Assembly: GCF_009914755.1 (NCBI RefSeq)
Contig: NC_060927.1
Source of the DNA: the human T2T-CHM13v2.0 reference genome, Homo sapiens
Length of the DNA: 64,000 bases
Reading direction: 5' to 3' (one strand)
The notes beneath the pieces are model-generated. The model worked only from the letters and a program-made list of their open reading frames with translations, was not told the DNA's origin and did no database searches. Made by a program: the position numbers and the translations under genes. Below, piece by piece: positions 57,255-64,000 of this stretch (position 1 is its first letter; every line of letters begins with the position of its first letter).

Positions 57255-59049
57255 CTGCATAGTTCACTGTAGAGTCTGGCCCCTGCCTAACTCTCAGCTT
57301 CATCTTGGACCACTTACCTGCTTCAAAGACAGGGACCGTCTTTCCAGTCCTAGCAAACACAAATTTCTGTTTCCTGCTTTTGGACCTTTAAAGATGTTGT
57401 TCCCTCTGCCCGAAATGGCCTTTCACCTACTGCTGGCCTGGAAAGTTTCTTCTCATCCTTCAATCTCAGCTTAGATGGCGTTTCTTTAGTGAAGATGTTC
57501 CTGACTTCCAGTCTTATCAGGCCCCCTTAGCATTTTTGCATCAAATACCCTTATTTCTCTCATTATACTTGTCAAAATTATATGGCTTGGCATATTTATA
57601 ATTTCAAATTTGTCTTCTGTCTTTATTAGTTTAATATCCTCATTATCTTTTAATTTGGATTCTCCATGAATTCAGGGACCTGAGTCACTGTGTTCACTTT
57701 ATGTCAGTACACATGAAAGTTACCCAGTGAATACTGAATACATAAACAAATAAACAAATGAAGCTCATGATCATTGAAAACATTCTTTTTAATCAGGGGC
57801 AATTTGAAACACTTTAATAGATGGTTTTCTACCAAAGGTAGACTTTTCTTGAATTAAAGGAGGTCTTAGAGCTTGACCAGGCACTTCTTACAAATGTACA
57901 TTCTTAGCCACAATGTCCCATAAGATTCAGCAGATTAGGAAGTAGGACAAGATGATTTTGCTTTGTATTAATAACAAATGCTCTGGTGACATTGATGCTT
58001 TTGGTTAACCAACAAATAGCTGGAAACCACTTATATTAGCCCAAACTTGTGCTTAAGACCGAATTCCCAACTCCAATGATATTGGCACTGGGTGCTCATC
58101 GTCTGCTGATGTTGTTTATGCCACTTTGACACTCACCAGTTACATCCAATAAAGATGCAAATAACATTCTTTTCAATATTTAAAGACATCTTTTATCCTC
58201 ACTATTCTTTCATGTTCAAAATAATTCCAATTCTCTCAATGTTACTTCTTTCAGACCTTTATCCTTCTCTGCTGCCTTTAGGTCTTTAATAGATGGTTTC
58301 CCCAAAGCTGTGATCACTGGATTCAAGCAATACTCTTTATCCTGACATGTTCCTAATGCTAAAAGATTGTTAATTGTTCAAGATAATATAGTCCATTCAT
58401 ATAGACCTCTGTTCAATTGTTTTTCTACTCCCTCTAGCTTACTTTTTTCTAGTCAGTTTGTGTTTTAGAGAGCTCAATTAGATTTCTCCTAAGTGAGTTA
58501 ACATCCCAAGGAAAAAATACTTTTTACGACAAGTTTTTTTTTTTTTCTAGTTTAACCAGGAACAACTTCAAGTTTCTGGTGTTAGAGAATATCTTATAGG
58601 CCAGTTAGTGGTGTATATAGTTACTGTCATGCTTAACAATTCATAATTAAAAGTCCAGTCAACTCATGTCAGCAAGAAAAACAAAAAAACAAAACATAGT
58701 ACCTTGGGAGAAGACCAATTTCTTCATTCCAGGGCCCCAGTAAAGTTGAATGAAAATATGGTGGAAGTTAAAGATTAAGTGGGACCCAGTTGGGTACTCT
58801 GGTGGGAGAGTAATTTAAGATTTGAAGATAGATTGGTATCAGATTGTGGAGGCTGTGCATTTAGGTTTTGTTTTGGAAGTAGTGGAGAGCCAAGAGCTGA
58901 TGATGAGTTTTAATCGTTTTAATCAAAACTGCTGTAGAATCAGCTTTTAAAGAAGATTAATGAAGTTAAGGAATAAAGGATAAAATGTTAAAAAAAAAAA
59001 AAAGAGAGAGATGGAAAACAGGCACACTAGCTAAAGGGAGATATAATTG

Positions 59050-59306
59050 GTCTGGCTATATATGCAACAGCACAGATGAATCTTCCAGACATCATGGTGT
59101 GCAAAAGAAGCCGTACACAAAGGAGTAATATTCTGATTTCATTTATGTGAAATTGAAAAGTTGGAAAATCTAATTTATAGTGATAGAATTCAGTGTGATT
59201 ACTTTTGGAGAGAATTAATGACTGGGAGGCTTCTAGGGTACTGATAACCTTCTATATCCTGATTCAGGATGTAAAAACTCATCTAGCTCTACAATTGAGA
59301 CATGCA
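59050..59306 (+). mobile_element. L1ME-like 3' end, interrupted by MER47A
   Basis: atatgcaacagcacagatgaatctt...aaaatctaatttatagtgatagaa...gtaaaaactcatctagct. Confidence 0.7.
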
Positions 59307-59668
59307 CAGATGCTCCTTGACTTATAATGGGGTTATGTCCTGATAAACCCATTGTAAGTCTGAAAATATCTTAAGTCAAAATACATTTACTAAACCTTAC
59401 CTACTGGACACCATACATTAGCCTAGCCTATCTTAAACATGCTCAGAACACTTACATTAGCCTATGTTGGGCAAAATTATGGAACACAAAGCCTATTGTA
59501 TAATAAGGTGTTGAATAGCTTATAATTTATTAAATAATGTACACAAAGTGAAAAACCGAATTGTTATATGGGTACTTGGAGTACAGTTTTTACAGACTGC
59601 ATAAGGCTTTCACACCATCATAAAGTCAAAAATTATAAGTTGAGCCATCATAAGTTGGGGACTGCCTG
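59307..59668. mobile_element. MER47A (TcMar-Tigger MITE)
   Basis: cagatgctccttgacttataatggggttatgtcctgataaacccat...cataagttggggactgcctg followed by TA; about 362 bp. Confidence 0.9.
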
Positions 59669-59865
59669 TACATTTAGAGTGTTACGTTTAACTCAAAAAG
59701 TTTACTCCTCAAAAGGGTGGTGAGGTTGAACAGAGGCAATGAAATCAGAAAGACAGAAAAAATGATTTCCATGATGTATCTTTAAAAGTTTTTTAATGGG
59801 ATTCATAAACAAGGTATGGCCGTTTCTGTTATTAAAGTGGACTGTATCTGCAAGGTTCATTGTTG

Positions 59866-60349
59866 TAAGTAGTCTTCAAAAGCTACTGCTATCAATTTCT
59901 CCCTTCCTGTCAGTGGGAAGTGTCCATTGATCCGCTCCTTAAATTTAGGCTGACCTTAGACTTGCTTTGATTCATAGAAGGTTGTGGAAATAACACTAAT
60001 ATTTCCAGGTCTAGCCATTAAGAGGCCTGGTAGCCTCTGCTTTCTCTCTTGGGAATCTGTTCACCATGCCATAAAGAACCTTGAGATGGATGCCAAATGC
60101 TGAGACATGACATGGATGAAGAGAGATCTGGATGACCAGATATATGAGTGAGGCCTTCATGGGCCTTCCAGCTCAGTTGCTAGTGGAAGGCAACAGAGTG
60201 AGTGCTGAGGGCTGATGCCACATGAAGCAGAAGAACCACTTAGCCAATCTTTCCCTGAATCCCTGACCCACAAAAAAATTCCGTAAGGTTGTTTATTTAA
60301 ACTACTAAGCTCTGGAGTATCATGCTATGCAGCAATCAATCACTGCAGC
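59866..60349 (+). mobile_element. MLT1G/H-like MaLR LTR
   Basis: gacttgctttgattcatagaa...ttaagaggcctggtagcctctgctttc...aaactactaagctctggagtatcatgctatgcagcaat. Confidence 0.7.
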
Positions 60350-60364
60350 AGTTGTCTTCTAGAA

Positions 60365-60579
60365 CAGTGGCTTTTTATGGAGGATGAACAGATTTTACTC
60401 ACTCCCACCAGCCCAGGGTCTTTGTTAATGTCTGGAGACATTTTAAATTGTCACTACTGTAGAGGCTTCCACTGGCATCTAGTTGGGAGAGGCCAGGGAT
60501 ATTAGTAAACGTCCTACAATGTCCCCCTCAAATAATTTCTGGCCTAAAATATTAATAGTCCCAAGGTTGAGGAACCCTG
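60365..60579. mobile_element. MER20 (hAT-Charlie)
   Basis: aatgtctggagacatttt...ctggcatctagttgggagaggccagggat...ccaaggttgaggaaccctg. Confidence 0.9.
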
Positions 60580-60717
60580 ACATAGAGCCATGATTTATAA
60601 CTTAGGTGGTACCCAATAATTTTTCTCTAAAGCCATATTTCCTAAACTTTACTGATCATATTAGTCACCTGGGATTCATGTCATATATATGGAATCTTAA
60701 CATCATGCCAGACCTTC

Positions 60718-61152
60718 TGTCTTGGTCCATTTTGTGTTGCTATAATGAAATACTTGAGGCTGAGTAATTTATAAAAAGGAAAGAGGTTTATTTAGCCTCC
60801 ATTCTACAGGCTGGGAAGTTCAAGTGCATAGTGCTGCACCTGGTTGGTTCCTGGTGAGGGCACATGCTGGGTCATAACATGGTAAAATGGCGAAGTGAAT
60901 GGGCATATGCCAGGGGATCACATGGTGAGGGAGGTGGCAGAGAAACTGAGGAAGCCACATTCTTTTTAACGACATGCTCTTGGAAAATCAAGAAATCACT
61001 CACCCTGGCAGGAGGGCATTAATATATTCTTGAGGGATTTTCCCCCATAATACAAACACCTCCCACTAGGCCCTACCTCCTAACACTGCCACATTGGGGA
61101 TCAAATTTCAGCATGACTTTTGATGGGAACAAACCACATTCAAATCATAGCA
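60718..61152 (-). mobile_element. MSTB-like MaLR solo LTR nested in a MER5-like element
   Basis: tgtcttggtccattttgtgttgctataa...cacctcccactaggccc...cattcaaatcatagca; 5-bp TSD ccttc/ccttt. Confidence 0.9.
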
Positions 61153-61238
61153 CCTTTAAAGAAATCAGAATATCCAGGGAAGGGGGTTGGGAAGTTATGT
61201 TTTTACTTTCATGAAAGTTTCAAAAACTCTGCCCTACC

Positions 61239-61578
61239 CAGGATTTCTCAGATTTTAATGTGCCTAGAAATAATGTGGGCATCTTGATAAAGTGTAGAAT
61301 GTGATTCACTTAGATTGGGGTGAAGCCCAAGTTTCTGATTTCTAACAAGCTCCCAGATGACGCCAAAGCATTGCTCCTTGGATCATTCTTGGCTCTTGAG
61401 CAGTAGTTGTCAAGCTTTAGCATGCATCAGTATCACGTGAAAGGAACAGACTGCTGCACTCACTCCCAGAATTGGATTCTGTGGGTCTGAGGTGGAGCAT
61501 GAGAATTCCTATTTCCAATAAGTTCCCCAGTGATAATGACGCTACTAGTTCAGAGGCCACACTTTGTGGATCACTGCC
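61239..61578. mobile_element. Two tandem MER5A-like elements
   Basis: caggatttctcagattttaatgtgc...tttctaacaagctccca, then cagtagttgtcaagctttagcatgcatcagtatcac...ccacactttgtggatcactg. Confidence 0.75.
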
Positions 61579-61630
61579 TTAGATTATTATTTTGTACACC
61601 TAAATGCACATAGAAATGCATCTCAAGTGA

Positions 61631-62066
<436 letters not shown>

Positions 62067-62419
62067 CATTTTAGAATATTGAGTTTCAGGGAGGAAACTG
62101 TGTCGTTTAGAAAAAACACATTTAATTTTTTCATGAGTTTGATTTGCTTCTAATGGTCATCTTGAATTATTTTCAAATATCATATAACATGAAAATAGTG
62201 GAAGATAGTTTTATGCTTATCAAAGGTGTTTATATACTAGATGTGTATATACTAGAATCAGAAGTACTACTTTTAAAAGTGCTGTTTTCTTCCTGGGTCA
62301 GTCACTCAGTTCTTTTTGAGTTTGTGTTATTACATCCTCTATAGAGGCCACAAGTTGAAGTCTGTTGCCAATTTAGACAAAACGCTGATAGTAATGGCCA
62401 TTGCTATACTGTCTTGAAG

Positions 62420-62610
62420 GTTTGCTATGTACCAGGTATTATGTAAATATTTTCCCAATTCAATCTCCTGTAATACACTAAGTAATCCCTTCAGAAGCAG
62501 CTACTATTATCCTCAACACATAGATGAGGAAATTAAGGCATACTAAGTTTAAGACACTTAACCAAGACCACATAGCTAGTTAATATCACAGCCAGAATTT
62601 TCACCCTGTC
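62420..62610 (-). mobile_element. MIR fragment
   Basis: ctactattatcctcaacacatagatgaggaaattaaggca...caagaccacatagctagt. Confidence 0.75.
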
Positions 62611-63079
62611 TGATTTGATAAACAGTTGATCCTTGGAAATAGGATGTGGGCATCTGTATTTAATTAGGCTCTATGAAACTAATTCTTAGTTAAAACAATA
62701 GTTCAAATGGAGTGCCCTCTTTATATAATGAATAAAGGGAATGTTTCGGAACAAGATTTAATGTATTGCCTTGACAGGATGTGGCCATGACTGACCGTTT
62801 TTGCTATCTGTTTAGTATTAATTACATTACCAGCATTTTTTTTTCAACCTTACAGGAACTTTAATGCATCATTTTTATCCTTCTATTAGGATCTGGTGCT
62901 CTTGATGCTGCTATCTATTCTCCAGTAGCATTTTTGGCTAGCCAAAAAAGTCTATAGTCATCTTGTCTCAAATTAAAGGCTATTTTCAGGGTTATCTGGT
63001 TTTCTTTTCCATGATATATGTAGAAGATAAGTGTTTTCCCTATTACCTATTATCTTCTCTCATTAAATACTACATTTAG

Positions 63080-63478
<399 letters not shown>

Positions 63479-63754
63479 TAAAAACAAATAGCGTTCATGC
63501 AAAAATGTGCTGACCTAAAGAATTTCATTCTTTATTTTGAACTTTATTGAAGATATAATCATTAACTCAAACATGTCCTAGATCTTCGGAGCCAAAATCT
63601 CCAGGGAAGGGGTTTAGAAAACTGTCTTTTTATCTTTATGAAACTTTGAGCCTCTACATTTACCTCTACTTTCACAATCTGGACTTTGAGCTACAATTGT
63701 CTAAAAGCCCACCAGCATTTTTCAAAATGATTCTTACTGAAGTCTTCTTTCAAA

Positions 63755-64000
63755 ATGTATTCTTTCATTGACACATAACATTTTCTATTATTAATGGTGT
63801 ACATATGAGTGTGTGTTAGATGCATAGAATGTGTTCCAACCAAGTCAGGGTAGAGGAGGTATCCATCACCTTTCGTCATTTCTATGTGTTGGTATCATTT
63901 CAAGTCCCCTCTTCTAGTTACTTTGAAATACACAAAATATCATTGCTAAGTATCATCACCCACTCTGTTATCAAACCTTGGAACTTATTTCTTCTATCTG
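63755..64000 (-). mobile_element. L1MA-like 3' end, running off the window
   Basis: gcatagaatgtgttccaaccaagtcagggta...tatccatcacc...cttctagttactttgaaatacac...gaacttatttcttctatct. Confidence 0.85.

Overview
This is AT-rich, CpG-poor primate (human-like) genomic DNA from inside the GRM7 gene (metabotropic glutamate receptor 7), transcribed on the + strand. The only supported coding sequence is one 217-bp internal exon (7290-7506, matching GRM7 exon 2, part of the Venus-flytrap ligand-binding domain). The rest is intron filled with interspersed repeats: 11 Alus plus a fossil Alu monomer, L1/L2/MIR fragments, MaLR/ERVL/ERV1 solo LTRs, MER5/MER20/MER58/MER47 DNA transposons and microsatellites. 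The other ORFs in the track are Alu-derived or chance ORFs. The most notable unexplained structure is a ~1.73-kb insertion (20542-22273) that is neither Alu nor L1. It has a poly(A) tail, a perfect 15-bp target-site duplication and an L1-endonuclease-type site, and it splits an older MIR. It looks like a retroposed mRNA 3'UTR or orphan transduction of unidentified parentage, lying sense to GRM7. I found no evidence of a wholly new biological system. Repeat subfamily names were assigned by eye, and boundaries of old repeats are approximate.
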